A stretch of DNA of 64,000 bases from Felis catus (GCF_018350175.1 NC_058368.1:22570001-22634000), one strand, 5' to 3'. Positions 26,705-40,618 are shown, numbered from the stretch's first letter. The notes: generated by a model not told the origin, from the letters alone. Translations and numbers: made by a program.

Positions 26705-26920
26705 AAAGGGAAGAGCATGAGCTTTGGAGTCAGAACAGAATTCAAACTTGGCTCCACCAGATGTGAGCTGTGTGGCCTCAGGCTTGTTGGTTCACCTCTC
26801 TGAGCCTGAGATGCCTCATCCATAAAGTGAGCATCCATAAAGATCACTTGCAAAATGCACAGAAGTGCCCAGTGCAGAACCTGGTGGACAGTATGTGCTA
26901 AGTCAGTGATAATCATTCTT
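26705..26920 (+). mobile_element. MIR SINE
   Basis: GCTTTGGAGTCAGA...CACCTCTCTGAGCCTGAG...CTCATCCATAAA. Confidence 0.65.
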
Positions 26921-28409
26921 TTCATGACCATCATAACTTCTTGATAGTTTTAAGTTTCCAAAAGGTGTAACCAAACAGAAGAAATAGCAAATGTTATTTG
27001 CCGACTTCACCTCCACCGGCCGGTAGGTCTATAATCTCGGGCACATTACTTACCCTCTCACCCTTAGGTTCCTCACTTTAAAACCAGACTGTTGTGAGGA
27101 TTAAATGAAATAATGCATGTGAAAATGCCTTGTAATGTGGGAAAGCCTGCGTCAATATGCAGCTGTGGAGGATATTTGAAAGTGCAGGGTGAGTCCAGAG
27201 GTCACATCAGTTTATAGTTAGAACACTATTGGTCAGAGTAGTAATCACAGGTTATACAATGTAGGTGGCAGAACCTTGCTGGAGCTGTAAAGAAATTTCG
27301 CCTTAAATTCTCTGTATATCTCTTAGTATATATGTAAAGAGACACATATATTTTATAGATAAGTGTAATAATATGTTATATATGATGATATCAGCCTAAT
27401 TATACATCACGTAAATCCAGCGATAGCCTTCTCCTTTTGTTTTGAAGCACTTTCTAGCGCTACCCTCAGGCCAATCTGGGAATAAGTCCTGCTGTCTATG
27501 CTGATTCACAAAAATAAAGCATGATACTGCAGGCTGGGTGACCAGACACCCAGGTGGAGCTCCGAGGTCAGAGCTAGCCTCAAAGGCAGTGTGCCCCTTA
27601 ACAGGAGATCTGAAATGGCCAGGATTGGTATAAAAGCATGCACAGACATGAGCTTCCTCCGAGGTAACTGAAAAACAAATATGAAAAAGCCATTTGCAAC
27701 TTCCCCAGACAAATGAGGTCAGGAATAAGCTCCCCTGCAGAGTGGAAAGCACCTTGGAACTGTTTCTGCTCTGCCATCGGGCAGCCCAGCTCATCTGCAG
27801 GAAGCTCACAGAGTCTAAAGGGGAAGACACTGCCCCCCCCCAGAATTCCTTCGCTCCTCCACCCTTTTCCATCAGCTGAAACAGTGTTCTTACTGTTCAT
27901 CTGCTTGCCACTCATTCTAGATTTGTGTTTTACCAGAGGATTCTCTTCCCACTGGAGAATTGGCCAATACGGCCTGGCACACCAGAGCAGTTTTGCTCCA
28001 GAGAAGTAAATATAGCCTTTTAAGGATGCAAATAAATGCAAGAGGGAAAAACACAGATTGTTTTATGGAGCTATTGGCCGAGTGATATAGTTAGCAGCTA
28101 TCAGGCCCTTGAAATATGAAAATTAATTAAATTCAATTTGATGAATGACAATAATCACTTCAAATAGGATAATGTGATAAATAACCCCTTCCATACAGAA
28201 AGGAATCATTTTAGTGCTACAGATGCCTTGTTTCGAGGATGGCTGAAATGCAAAAAAATATGAGCTTATGATGTAAATGGTACTTATTATAATAAAATGC
28301 TGCCCTGTAGGCCCCACCAGTGAGATTTCTGCTTCTCGATACTCGGTTTGTTCTCACATTCCAGCCAGCTGGGGTGTTTTGATCCCCAGAGGTAAATACT
28401 CCTCTGAGA

Positions 28410-28700
28410 TTCAATTCCTGTTGCTGCTGTAAAAAATTACCATAAACCTAGTGGTTTGAACAAATACAGATTTTTGCTCTCTTTTGGTTCTATAGATCAG
28501 AAGTCCTGATGTGGGTCTCACTGGGCTACAACGAAGGCAAAGTCGTGTTCCTTTTGGAGGCACTAGGGGGGGAATCATTTCTTTGCCTTTTCCAGGCTTT
28601 AGAAGCCATCTATATTTCTGGCTCATGGCATCCTCCTCCTTCTTCAAAGCCAGCAATGTAATAGCTTCAAATTTCTATCTCACTCTGACCCCTCTTCCAG
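28410..28700 (-). mobile_element. MaLR LTR fragment (MLT1D-like)
   Basis: TTGCTGCTGTAAAAAATTACCATAAACCTAGTGG...TTCAAAGCCAGCAATG. Confidence 0.8.
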
Positions 28701-28704
28701 TTTA

Positions 28705-28975
28705 GTATACATGCATCTAGCGTGCACACATTTGTCAAAACCTATAGAAAGTACAACAGTAAAAGTGAGTCTTAAGGTGAACTGTGGACTTCGGGTGGTT
28801 ATGATGTGCCCATGTAGGCTCGTCAATGATAACAATTGTGCCACTCTGGTGCAGGATGTTGATAGTGGGGGAAGCCACACGAATCTGAGGGAAGGGAATG
28901 CATGGGAAATCCCTGTACTTTCTGCTCAATTTTGTTGTGAACCTAAAGATGCTTTAAAAAAAATTAAGTCTTTTA
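28705..28975 (+). mobile_element. L1MC-like 3' terminus
   Basis: CATTTGTCAAAACCTATAGAA...CTGTACTTTCTGCTCAATTTTGTTGTGAACCTAAA. Confidence 0.8.
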
Positions 28976-30105
28976 AGGAAAGAATGAGGTGAACAATGTT
29001 CTTGTAAGGGTTTAAGGCACTAGACCATAAGCTCCTTGAGACAGGAGACCGAACATTTCAACTTTATATCCTGAGAGCTGCATGAATGCCTGCCCATGGT
29101 GGCAGCTAAATCCATGAGAGAAGACCAGAGGGTGACCAGGGTGTGGTGAAGCTGCATGCAGCCCACGGCCACCCTCAGTGACAGCGACTCGTTTTGCATT
29201 GTGAGGGCTCTTCCTGCAGCCCAGAGTGGAAGTGGGAAACCAGAAACCAGCACTGGTCATTCAGCCCTGGGCCAAGTACTTCTGATTGTCCCACCTCAGG
29301 CTCAAAATAACCCTACAAGCTAAATATTAATATTTCTACTTTTGAAATTAAAAGAGTGGGGCTCCTACAGGTTAAGTAACTTGCTGAGCTACAGGTTAAA
29401 GGGCTTGCATTAAAATCTAGTTTTGTGTGGGTCCAAAGCTCATGCCAGGCTTCCTCCTCAAGAGACAAGTGTAGAGAAGAGCAGTTTGAGTGTTTTGAGC
29501 TCGGATGCAGGGGAATGATGCAGCAAAATGGACTTGAAACCAGGAGAGGTTCCCAGGGAGGATTCACTGTTGAAGGCAGCTTCATGCAGTCACGTAAAAA
29601 GACTAGTTGCCACTGGAGTAATTCCCAACACTTTTAAGATGCCGGCAGTGCCTGTGGGCCCTCCCCGTCAGCAGGAACCAGGCTAAGGCCTCCAGACCAG
29701 AGCAAGCAGTGCTGGAGCAGAGAGGGGCCAGCAGAGGGCGCTGTGCATATGTGGTGGCCCAGGTCTTTCCAAGGCCTGGCCTGGAGCACGTCCCCAGGGC
29801 TAAGCCAAGGGTAGAGAAATGTCTTTTAAAACTAAGTCGGTTTCCTTCCCTTGAGACAAAGTCATGCAGAGAATATTTTTCAGAAAGCATTGGAGAGTGA
29901 AGTTTGCCTCTTGCAGATAGCAATTGTGGTTTTCTTTCTCTGACATAAAATGTCCTTTTGCTACAGTAGATGTCAGGAGGCAGTGCAGAAAAGTGAGTAT
30001 AGCAGCGAGTGAGCATGTGCAAACCTAGATCTGTCTCTTATTAGAGGTGTGGGTTTTGTTTTCTCTGAGGCTCCTTTTTGTTTTCTTTTTTAAAAATGTT
30101 TATTA

Positions 30106-30338
30106 GGGCGCCTGGGTGGCTCCGTTGGTTAAGCATCTGACTTGGGCTTAGGTCGTGATATCACAGTTTGTGAGTTTGAGTCCCGTGTGGGGCTCTTTGC
30201 TGAGAGCTCAGAGCTTGGAGCCTTCTTTGGATTCTGTGTTTCCTTCTCTCTCTGCCCCTCCTCTGCTCACACTCTGTCTCTCTCTCCCTCAAAATAAATA
30301 AACATTATAAAAACATTTTTTTAAATAAAAAAAAATAG
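30106..30338 (+). mobile_element. Can-SINE inserted in the tail of an opposite-strand SINE
   Basis: TSD AAATGTTTATT at 30094-30104 and 30339-30349. Confidence 0.92.
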
Positions 30339-30349
30339 AAATGTTTATT

Positions 30350-30412
<63 letters not shown>

Positions 30413-30590
30413 TGTGAATGAATGAGCAGAAGGGGGGCATAGAGAGAGGGAGAGAGAATCTCAAACAAGCTGGGTGCTGTCAGCACAAAGCTGGTCATGG
30501 GGCTCGAACCCATGAACTGTGAGATCATGACCTGAGCTGAAATAAAACCAAGAGTCGGATGCTTAACTGACTGAGCCACCCAGGCTCCCC
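30339..30590 (-). mobile_element. Can-SINE with (GA)n(GT)n, host of the preceding insertion
   Basis: Head ends at about 30590. Outer repeats CTCC(T/A)TTTTGTT at about 30071 and 30591. Confidence 0.9.
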
Positions 30591-30699
30591 CTCCATTTTG
30601 TTCTCTGTATGCTGGAAATCAAAGGCTTTATCTGGGGGGGTCTGTTCTGTAGGCTAAAGATAATGTACAGAAAAGATAAGTACATGATCTTATGAACTT

Positions 30700-31345
30700 T
30701 GCAATCATTTCGGTCTTACAATCCCTTTACGCTCTTGCAAGTTATTGAAGACTCAAAAAGCTTTTGTTTATGCATATTCTACCAATCAGTATTTTCCACA
30801 TTAAAAACTGAAATTTACTTTTCAATTAAATTTCTTATTAAAATATTTATTTCAGTAGAAAAAATAATAATAGTGAACCCATCACATGCTCACTTTCTTT
30901 TAAAGTTTTTATGAAAAATAACTATATTTTCAAGATAAAAAAAAAACTGGAAGAATGACAGTGTTCTCCATTTTTGTAAATCTCTTTAAGACCTGTCATT
31001 TGCATATATGTTCTCAGATTATGATATCACACATTGTGTAGCCTCTAGAAAACTCTTTTTTTTTATTTTTAAAATATTTATTTATTTTTGAAAGACAGAG
31101 CACAGTGGGAGACAGAGAGAGAGAGAGACAGAGAGAGAGAGACAGAATTCGACGCAGGCTTCAGGCTCTGAGCTGTCAAAACAGAGCCTGGTGCAGGGCT
31201 CAAACCCATGAACCATGAGATCATGACCTGAGCCAAAGTCAGACACTTAGCCAACTGAGCCACTGAGGTGCATCTAGAAAACTATTCTATACTGTCATTG
31301 AAGACATCTTAGTGTTCTACGAAAATAGTTTTGATCCAGGCAATC
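30700..31345. mobile_element. Charlie1-like hAT DNA transposon remnant
   Basis: CCCTTTACGCTCTT...TTATTGAAGACTCAAAAAGCTTTTGTTTATG and GAAAATAGTTTTGA resemble Charlie1 subterminal sequence. Confidence 0.7.
31056..31273 (-). mobile_element. Can-SINE nested in the Charlie element
   Basis: TSD TCTAGAAAACT. Confidence 0.9.
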
Positions 31346-32824
31346 AGTAAGGGATGGTGATTACTTTGTTTGCTGAGTGAGTTCATTACAAATTTCTACG
31401 TAGCAACTCCTGACTGAGCTCACAAACCTTCCAGTGTATGCCAAGGTGAAGTCTATACTGAATATACAAAATCGAGAAGTCACTCGGAAAGCAACTGGTT
31501 AACTAGACACTTTACTTCAAACTTACATAAAATCTGCCTTTCAGTGACTTCCAAAATGTTTCGTTTCCTTCCTGCTTTTGATGATGAGATGCATTTACTG
31601 TGTTTCCATCTCCTCCCCAGCAGGCATCCAAGTCTGATGAATCCTTGTTAACGAACTTCTGCTTCCTGCAGAGACCTGTGAGACTTCCATGGGCCTTAAT
31701 TGCCCTGCCTCTGCCCAGGTGGGCACGGGGCTTCCCCAGGCGCCTTCTGCAGGGGTGGGGGTGGGGGTCACGCCAGCCAGAGGGGTCAACGCTTCAGCAT
31801 TGAGGCGGAAGTTTCCTCCGTCCGCCCTGCCCGAATCCTCCCTCCTGACCCACTGCTCTCTCCCTGTCCAGTGCCACCTCTCCATTTAGCCCCTTCCTCT
31901 TCCCTCCCCTCTTCTCCATGCATTGCAATAGAACACCTTCATGTGCTGGGGCCATGCTGGGCTCTCTTGCATGTAATTCAGATCCAATCTACAAAGTAAA
32001 TAGCATTTGTACTCACTTTCCCAGATGAGAAATAATAAGATACAAAAGAATTAAGTGGCTTACCCAGGTTCCCATAGCTAGTTACTGCTCAAACCAGAGA
32101 GCGACCCTGTGGCTGCCTGGCTTTCCATCTCATCATTGATGAATTTTTAAAGTAGCTTCTTCATTTGAAGCTGTCTGTGTTGGCTGTCTTTCTCACGTGC
32201 CACTTTTGCTACGTCTCACCACACACACCCCTACAATGTGCCCTCTGGATGCGTCTTCAAATAAACTACAAATTCACCGGGTACCTGTGATGTACCGGGA
32301 GCTGCTCTAGTCTGCAGGGAGAGGGCAGTGAGCGGGCCTTATCTCAGGGCGCTTTCACTCTCTTCCTTTCTGCACCGATAGTTGGGCCTGTTGAGGTTTT
32401 TTTGCTTCATCTGTCTTCTGTCTTTAGCCCAGAAACACTTTTATCTTGGGCACAAAATTTTGCTTTGTGCTTTGTCTTTGGCAAGCCCCTCCCAACTTTT
32501 CTTCTTGCAAGGTCACTGTCATGCAATTTCCCATTTTGTTTCCAGCCTTGAAGATGTTAGCTGGCCCCGAGCCACTCTTCTCTTCTTCACCCATGCCCTC
32601 TGTACCATTTCAGGGTAGATGTCTTTTCTGGAACCTCTCATGTGCTCATGGCAGCCTACCCCCCCCCCCCCCCACTGTCTGCTGAAAGCCGGCATGGCTA
32701 TAGGAGCTGCAGGGTTGATGGCACGTTGGGGTCCACTGAGACACCAGTACCCATGAGGTCAAGGGCAGGACAAAGACCCCTGAGGGCCGGGCCTGAGAAA
32801 GGAAGAGCCAAGTTGGGAAGCAGT

Positions 32825-33345
32825 GCTCATTCAAGTCATTCATTCAAAATCTGTATTGAGTCACTTCTTTATTTCAGGAACTGATCTTGGCATGGTCTGT
32901 AGCAATGAATGAAACTAATGAACCTACCCCAGTGGAGTTTGCAATATATCGGGAAAGACAAGCCACAAACAGATAAATATATATAATAATGTCAGACGGT
33001 AATAAATATTACAAAGAGGAATAAAGTAGGATCTAGGGATAGACCTGATGGAAGAGAGGAGTGGGGGCCATTTCAGATAGTATGATTAGAGAAGAACTTT
33101 CTGGGAGGGGCAGCATTTAAGTAAAGTAATAAATGAAGTAAGAGAATGGGCCAAGTGAATACCTGAGGGAGACATTTCCAGGCTGAGGAAACGGCTGTTG
33201 CAGAGGCCCTGAGGTAGGAAGCATGCTTGTTGGTTTTGAACAGAAGCAGGAAGCCAGCATTGCTGGAGGGAGTAAGAGAGAAGGGGATAAGGGGTGAGGT
33301 GGGGAGAGCCAGAGCTTCAATCATGAGGGAGCTTATAGGCCAAGA
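32825..33345 (-). mobile_element. L2 LINE 3' fragment
   Basis: CATTCATTCAAAATCTGTATTGAG terminus and TTCCAGGCTGAGGAAAC...GAGGCCCTGAGGTAGGA. Confidence 0.75.
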
Positions 33346-33708
33346 TAAGCTGTTGGGATTTGAACCCAGGACGTCTGATTCCAGCTATAGCGCTCTTTAT
33401 GTTGCACCACACTGCCTCTTGAAGGGGTTTTCCTAAGAGATAGTCTAGTTTTAAAGGTCAGCAAAAGTGATGGTTTGGACTCTGTTGCCATTTACTTTCC
33501 TTCGGTTTACTCACAAGCCAGCAAACAATCAGAGGGAAAGTCATGTACAAGATCAAGAATACAAAGGTCAAATCTTCCTAACACCTCTCTTATTTTCCCC
33601 AGAGGTGTACCCTAAGTTCTGAGTTCTGAGGAGAGAAGAATCTTCCATGAGGAGGAGGCCAGAAGCATTGGGCCGAGGAGGGTCATGTTGTCTCAGGTGC
33701 ATTGTATT

Positions 33709-34115
33709 CTTCTATGAACCCAACTGTGTCACCCCCAAAATTTATGTTGAGGCCCTAACGCCCAATGTGACTATATTTGGAGATGGGGCCTTTAGGAAGG
33801 TAATAAAGGTGATAAGGGTAGGGTCCTAATCTGATAGGACTGGTGCCTTATAAGAAGAGGCACCAAAGAGAATTCTCTGTCTCTGTTTCTGTCTCTTTGT
33901 CTCTCTCTTTGTGCACACAGAGAAAAGGCCATGTGAGGGCACAGTGAGATGGTAGCTGTCTCTACAAGTCTGGAAGGGACCTCATTAGTAACCAACCCTG
34001 ATGGCACCTTGACCTTGGACTTGTAGCCTCCAAAACTGTAAGAAAATAAATATCTTTGTTTTAAGCCACACAGTCTGTGGTATTGTGTTATGGCAGTCTG
34101 AGCAGACTAATATAC
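33709..34115 (+). mobile_element. MaLR solo LTR (MLT1A/B-like)
   Basis: CCCCCAAAATTTATGTTGAGGCCCTAAC...AGCCTCCAAAACTGTAAGAAAATAAA...GTTATGGCAG...GACTAAT. Confidence 0.9.
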
Positions 34116-34531
34116 ACTCTAATGAGTTCCTTCTGTTTTCTGTTCTTTATTGCATCAATGGGCCTCTAGCAGGCCTGACCAGGGCCTATGTCACCATCAA
34201 ATTGGAGAGGAGCATTGCCTCTGACTTCTGGGAAGCACAGTTTTGCTTACAGAAGGGCCAGGAAGGGATAATTCAGAATCTAAGATGTCTTAACTTGTTT
34301 ATGACTCTATTTCTTCATCTGTAAAATGGAGATCATCATATCATTGCTCTGGGGGAAGTTTTAGGTATAAAGTTCAATGTAATAAATAGTTGCTGACGTT
34401 CATTATGCATAAGGTGTTGTACTGGCAAGGATATAAGGGCACATGTGTATGATCCCTTATGGGAAATTTTTCTTCATAATAATGTACATGTATAAATCAG
34501 TTGTGAAAGCATTTTGGGAGTGTCACATTTT

Positions 34532-34755
34532 TATTATTATTTTTTTTTAATTTAATGCTTATTTGTTTTTGAGAGAGAGAGAGAGAGAGAAAGACAGAGC
34601 ATGAGCAGGGGAGGGGCAGAGAGAAAGGGAGACACAGAATCCAAAGCAGGCTCCAGGCACTGAGCCGTCAGCACAGAGCCCAATGTGGGGCTTGAACCCA
34701 CGTGACATCATCACCTGAGGTGAAATCAGAAGGCTTAAACCAACTGAGCCACCCA
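34532..34755 (-). mobile_element. Can-SINE
   Basis: TSD AGTGTCACATTTTT. Confidence 0.9.
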
Positions 34756-36375
34756 GTGTCACATTTTTACATAAGGAGGGGTTTTTTCTTACCATGTTAA
34801 TAATCTTGTTACTTGTTTAATGTAAGTGCACTGATTTTTGTAATCATTATAATCTTCTAAGTATTATCTCTTAAGGTATTAAAATATTTATAAGATTAAT
34901 GTATTTGTGAATTTAATTAAACATTTAGAAGTAGTGGATTAGGTTTGCAATATTTAAATATTTAGAAAAAAATTACTTTATTAAATGTATATATTTTGAT
35001 TTATTATGTACCTAGTCTAAGAATATTTGGAGGGTCATTGACTAATGTTCAAAGAATTGCTAATTATTTAATAAATGTATACATAAGATTACAGCATTAT
35101 GCACCCCTCCAAGGTAACAAAAAAGTGGAGGGAAGTAGGGGCTGTTAAGAATGCAGAGCAGGGTGATGTAGAAAGGCTCGGGAGCTGCTGCCAGATGTTT
35201 GAGAGATACAAAGAGAAGGAGAAAGATTGAAGGTGGGGATGGGGTGGGATAGGTTTCTGTATGCTAAGAAAACAAATCCTCTTGGGCATTTTCTTGAAGG
35301 GATGTATTAAAGATTCTAATTGCTTAATTATTCCTTAGTTGCCAAGCTGTGTTTCTTTGAATGTACCTCCATGCTATAACTGGAGCACACAACTACCTGA
35401 CTTCACACAGGTTACAGGAGCAAACATGCAAGGTAAATGCACAGAATTATTAAAATGAAGCAGTTTTCTCTGCAGTATCATTCAAATAGAGCCAAAGTCT
35501 TTCCTCCTGGGAAGTCCAAACAGCCTATGCTTAAACCTTCTGCAAAGTGACTTGTCCAAGTTGGCTTACGGATGAAGGATGGTGTGTTTTCGGTGAAAGC
35601 ATCTTGGAGAGGTCTACTCTGTACCCAGTACTTTGCCAGTTGCTTTTACATGTGTTGTCTTACGTAATTTTCACAACACTATGAGATAGATCTTAATAGT
35701 TTCAGGTTTACCAATTAGAAAATTGAAATTTTGAGAGATTGCTTCCCTTGCCTGGGAACTCCAGAGCCAGAGTGCACACAGGACTCCCAGACTGTGAACC
35801 CACAGCCTCCCTGTTGCACTAAAATGCTTCCCAGGACCTTAGCCTTGAGTCTTGTATGTTACCCATAGTCCAGTCCTCACCGATCTGTGATTTTCTCTTT
35901 CTTGTAGCCTTGTGGCAAAATGAAAACAAACCAACACAAAATAAAACCCCTAACCTTTAGTTTAAGCTTGTGAATTTCAACCATCCCTAAAAAACAGGTG
36001 GTCAGGACTGAGCTCAACCAGATTTGGGATATCCTTGATTTCTAGTACACATTTTTGATGGTCTAACATTTAACTTTTGAGATTATGGCTTTGTTCCCAC
36101 ATTTCTGGATATAACAAAATTTATTTATGTAAAAAGCTTTTTATAGATGTCTGCATTTGAGAGGTTAAGGAGACCCAGAGTTGCTTTGAGTCATGATGAA
36201 TTTGCTTTCCATGACATCACTTCTTAAGCAGAGGATTAAAGTCCTTTGTTCCAACAGCCCCTGGGAGGGTCACCTTGGAGCAGTTCCCAGATGCTTGCTT
36301 CTCCCTCATCTCAAGGGTGAATTCTGACTTCTGGCAGAAGCGCTACATTATGCTCAGCATAATCACTGCATTCTT

Positions 36376-36606
36376 TTAATTTTTTAAATGTTTATTAATT
36401 TTTGAAAGGGAGAGAGAAAAAGAGAGAGAGTGCTTGTGCGCGAGCGAGTTGGGGAGGGGCATGGAGAGAGGGAGACAGAATCTGAAGCAGACTCCAGGCT
36501 CTGAGCTGGCAGCACAGAGCCCGTCGTGGGCTTGAACCCATGGACCATGAGATCATGACCTGAGCTGAAGTGGGACCCTCAACCTACTGAGCCACCCAGG
36601 TGCCCC
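36376..36606 (-). mobile_element. Can-SINE
   Basis: TSD CACTGCATTCTT. Confidence 0.9.
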
Positions 36607-38584
36607 ACTGCATTCTTGTAAGTAGGAATAGGAGTATACCATTTTCAGAACACTCAAAATAACAAAATCCAAACGTGAAGAACAAATTAGGGACCAACTT
36701 ATAATTAATTAAAACTAAATAATTAATAAAAACTCAATTGAGACAAAATATCTAGTAGCACATGATAGTTTGCATTTCTGTAGAGTTTTATAGGTTCCAA
36801 AAGGATTGGCATATGTTTTCATATTTTATTTTGTCCTCATGACTACTTTGCAAGATGGGGCAAGTATGTCAATTCTCATGTTACCGAGGAGAAAAACCAG
36901 GGCAAAGACAGCCAAGTCCTTTGCCCAAGGTTACATAGCTGGAAAGTGTTAAGAGCTGAGGCTAGGTCTCAGCTCATTTGACTCAGTGTTAAAACACTCT
37001 TTCCCTTATAAGCGCGCTTTTTCAGATTTATATTTTCCCTTGCAATAGAACTCAGATACTCAGGAGCTATTTTGACATGTATTCAAATTTGAAATGGAGA
37101 ACAGTTTGTAAAAAATGATCTGACTTTTTCCAAAGAGGGTAGTGGGAGGTCTGAAATATTCTGAAAAGAGTCTCTGAAGATATATACCATCAAGAAGCAC
37201 TAGCAAATCTTTTAAAAAACACAGATAATCAGGTCTGACTACAAATATATTCAATAAAAATTTCCAGGTCTGGGTTTGTTTGTTTGTTTGTTTGCTTGTT
37301 TGTTTTAGAAGCTAAAGAGTTGATTCAGCCCTAATTAAAAAGCACAAACTCAAATGTGGCCCACATGAGGCAATCTGAGGACTGGTGAAAAGGGTCATCA
37401 ATTTTCAAAGTGAATGGCTCCTGTGCTCAAAGACTTATGCTATTTCCTTGCAGCCAAACCTAATAAAATTAATTTGTACTTATCTCCTCAAGCAGAGAAG
37501 AATATAGAATGAATCAAGTACAGTTGAAGATAATCAAGAGTAAATTCCGTTTGGCTGCAGGACATTGTTCTATATTTATACTGAAGATCTACTCTTCATG
37601 TTCCTTCTAGAGTAATGTTCCTCAGATACGAATGACTCCAGTCATTATGTAGTCTTCCTCAGAAGTCTCCCATGACTTCCCAGTGCCTCTTGAATCATGT
37701 TCACAATCCTCCATGATCCCACCCAACCTGCTTCCCCAGCCTTTATGCACTACCATTGCCCACCAGTCCACATCAGAGTGTAACAATTTTCAAAAAGCAC
37801 TAGATTTGGTTGGGTCTTTATCTAAGTCCCTCAACTGCAATACCCTTCCTTTCTTCCTTCCTCATTGTCTGTCTGCTAAACTCTGCTCTTTCTTAAGCTC
37901 TGGCCTATTTTCCATAAAACCGTCATTTGAACTAGAATTCTTTATACTCTGTGTTCTGTTGGTGGTTCATCTGTCTGTTCCTTGTTTGTAACATCCATCA
38001 GTTTCTGACTTATGTCTTCGTGTTATGTGGCATAAAAAAAAAAAATCAAGTAGTAAATTTAATTTAATGTAGTCCCAGGGTTGGAATTCATCCAAGAACC
38101 TGGCGGAAATAAACATAAAACCTCTCTGGAGGAGAGCCAACATAAGCTTCAAAATATTCCCACTGATGAAGTTCCAAAGAACAGGGGCCCGGAGTCAAAA
38201 ATCACAAAACATACCAAATCACCATGGATGACAGGCAGCAAAGATGATATAAATCATAATAATATTTCAGAATACAAAAGATAGGAGACCTCAAGACCAA
38301 CCAGGAAAAAGTCAACTCACTTATGAAGCAGTATCACACTCCAGTTTAGTGTATGGTACTTAAGAAAATAAGGTATAAGTGGCAAGTGTAGTAGCTAAGA
38401 GCATGAGCTCTGAAAACACATTGACTGGTGGTTCTATCATTTGTAAGTACATTTTGGCAAGTGACTTTACCTCTCTGTGACTTAACATTTTCATCCGTAA
38501 AATATGATTAATAACATTTTCAGTTTCTTGTATTTCATGAAAATATGCACACATATTTCCTAGAAAAGTATCTAGCATTAATAA

Positions 38585-38791
38585 ATTTTTTTAAGTTTAT
38601 TTATTTATTTTTATAGACAGCACAAGTGGGAGAGGGGCAGAGAGAGAGAGAAGGAGAGAGAGAATCTCAAGCAGGCTCTGTCCTATTAGTGCAGAGCCTG
38701 ATTCGGGGTTCAAACTCACAAACTGTGATATCATGACCTGAGCCGAAACCAAGAGTCAGACACTTAAATTACTGAGCCACCCTGGTGCCCC
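38585..38791 (-). mobile_element. Can-SINE
   Basis: Full head, (GA)n tract and tail. Confidence 0.9.
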
Positions 38792-39039
38792 TGCTAACTG
38801 TTATTAAAGGAATGGGACAGCTGACTTCTCATTAGCAACAACAAAAAGCAGAAGATAGTCAACCTAGCTATCAGCCAAGAACTCCTGATTTACCCATATA
38901 TTTATCTACATCTTTGTTTACTATTCCTTCTTGCATTTCAGAGTGTCCATCTGTTATCATTTTTCTTTTGCCAAAAGTAAAATCTTTAAGTTTCCTTTTG
39001 TGAGGGCTTATTGCTTGTTAACTCCTTAAGTGTAAATAA

Positions 39040-40020
39040 TATATGAAAATCACAGTGAAGTATGAACGCCACAGTGGAAGTCACTTGAAACTCACCAGGT
39101 TTCAACAGGTTAAAAGTCTCACTATCTCAAATGCTTCCAAGGAGGTAGATGTATGGAGGTTCTTATACACTGCTGTCAGGGGGTTGAACTAGTAAAGCCA
39201 ATTTGGAAGAGAGTTGGGTATTACGTAGAATGGTTGATCATGAACACATTCCTAAGTATATTATCAGACAAGCTTTAACATGTGTGTACTGAAAGGCACA
39301 TTATGAGAATATTTGTAGGAGCGTTGTTCCAAATAGCCAAAATCTGACATTAATCTAACTCTTCATTAACAGAAGTATGGATAATTAAATGTTACATTCA
39401 TATGAGCAGCAGTATCATGACTGAAGTTCAAAAAGATAAAGCTAAATGGAAAAAAATAGTTACTAGATTATTCCATTTATAAAAAGTACAAAAACATGCA
39501 AAACTAAATACAGTTGACCCTTAAACAATGTTGAGTATTGGGGGTGCTAACCTCTTACACTGCTGAAAATCTATGTATAATTTTTGACTCCCTCAGAACT
39601 TTACTAATAGCCTACTGTTGACCAGAAGTCTTACTGATAAAATTAAACAGTTGATTAATACATATTTTGTATGTTACATGTATTACATACTATATTCTCA
39701 CAATAAAGTAAGGCAGAAAAAAGAAAATCTTATTAAGAAAATTGTAAGGAAGAGAAAATACATTTATGGTACTATACTGTAGATAGAAAAAAAATCTGCA
39801 TATAAGTGGACCCAAGGGATTCAAACCTGTGTTGTTCAAGAGTCGACTATAATATGTTGCTTGGAGATATATTTATATGGTAAAAAGAGTTACTAACACA
39901 AAATTCAGAATAATGGTTACCTTCAAGATCAGGGGTACATAAATATGTGTGGTGGTACTAATAAGATTCTATTTCTTAGGCTGGTTAGGGAGTAAGAACA
40001 GAGGCAACAGTTTTATTCTT
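39040..40020 (+). mobile_element. Ancient L1ME-type 3' fragment
   Basis: AAATCACAGTGA, CTTATACACTGCTG, AATAGCCAAAATCTG, ATTCCATTTATAAAAAG and CAGAATAATGGTTACC. Confidence 0.65.
39511..39849. mobile_element. Tigger2a-like (Tc1/mariner) non-autonomous DNA transposon
   Basis: TIRs CAGTTGACCCTTAAACAA...TTGTTCAAGAGTCGACTA with a TA duplication on both sides. Inserted into the L1ME fragment. Confidence 0.9.
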
Positions 40021-40410
40021 TAATTCAGACATTTTTATTTGTATGAAAGTCTTGTGAATAAAGTGTCATGCTTAGTTTTAAGAAAATTAATTTACATCAG
40101 ACTCTAAGCATCCATTGCACAAGGCTAATAGGAAATTCAGTCTTGGCCATTACAAGGGTTATCCATTTTGAGAGTTATACAAGAGTTTGTTTTTCCCTAA
40201 CTTGAGGGTTATGCAAAGGTCCTGATGTTCTACATGAGCCAACACATCAGGGAGGCCCTTCTGGTCCACTGACCCAGGCTGTAGCTTCCATTCATGTCAC
40301 ACGGGCCCTGCTATGTCCACTCTGCACTTGGAATGCAGGAATCTTTGGGGACAAGAGCAGGGGAGCAGGGAGGGGCCAGGGATCCCTGGGCTTATAATTT
40401 AGCCTCCTCA

Positions 40411-40526
40411 GCGGGTGCCTGGGTGACTCAATTGGTTATGCATCCAACTCTTGATTTTTGCTCAGGTCATGATCTCATCATTTGTGGGTGCGAGCCCCGT
40501 GTCAGACTCTGCACTATCTGCTTGGG

Positions 40527-40560
<34 letters not shown>

Positions 40561-40618
40561 CCTCCCTTCCTCCACATGCTCTCACTCTCTTTCAAAAATA
40601 AATAACCTTAAAAAAAAT
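40411..40618 (+). mobile_element. Can-SINE
   Basis: TSD TAGC(C/T)TCCTCA. Confidence 0.9.

Noticed and set aside
31751..31786. G-run cluster with G-quadruplex potential
   Set aside because: Isolated, with no promoter or CpG island context; common in mammalian DNA.
17979..34324. Many 60-160 aa ORFs in unique-looking sequence (e.g. 18280-18648, 27396-27872, 29603-30022)
   Set aside because: No recognisable domains, many non-ATG starts, overlap on both strands, and no exon chain or processed-pseudogene hallmarks.
34330..35100. AT-rich island ending in AATAAA, resembling a retrocopied 3' UTR
   Set aside because: No poly(A), TSD or recognisable source gene.
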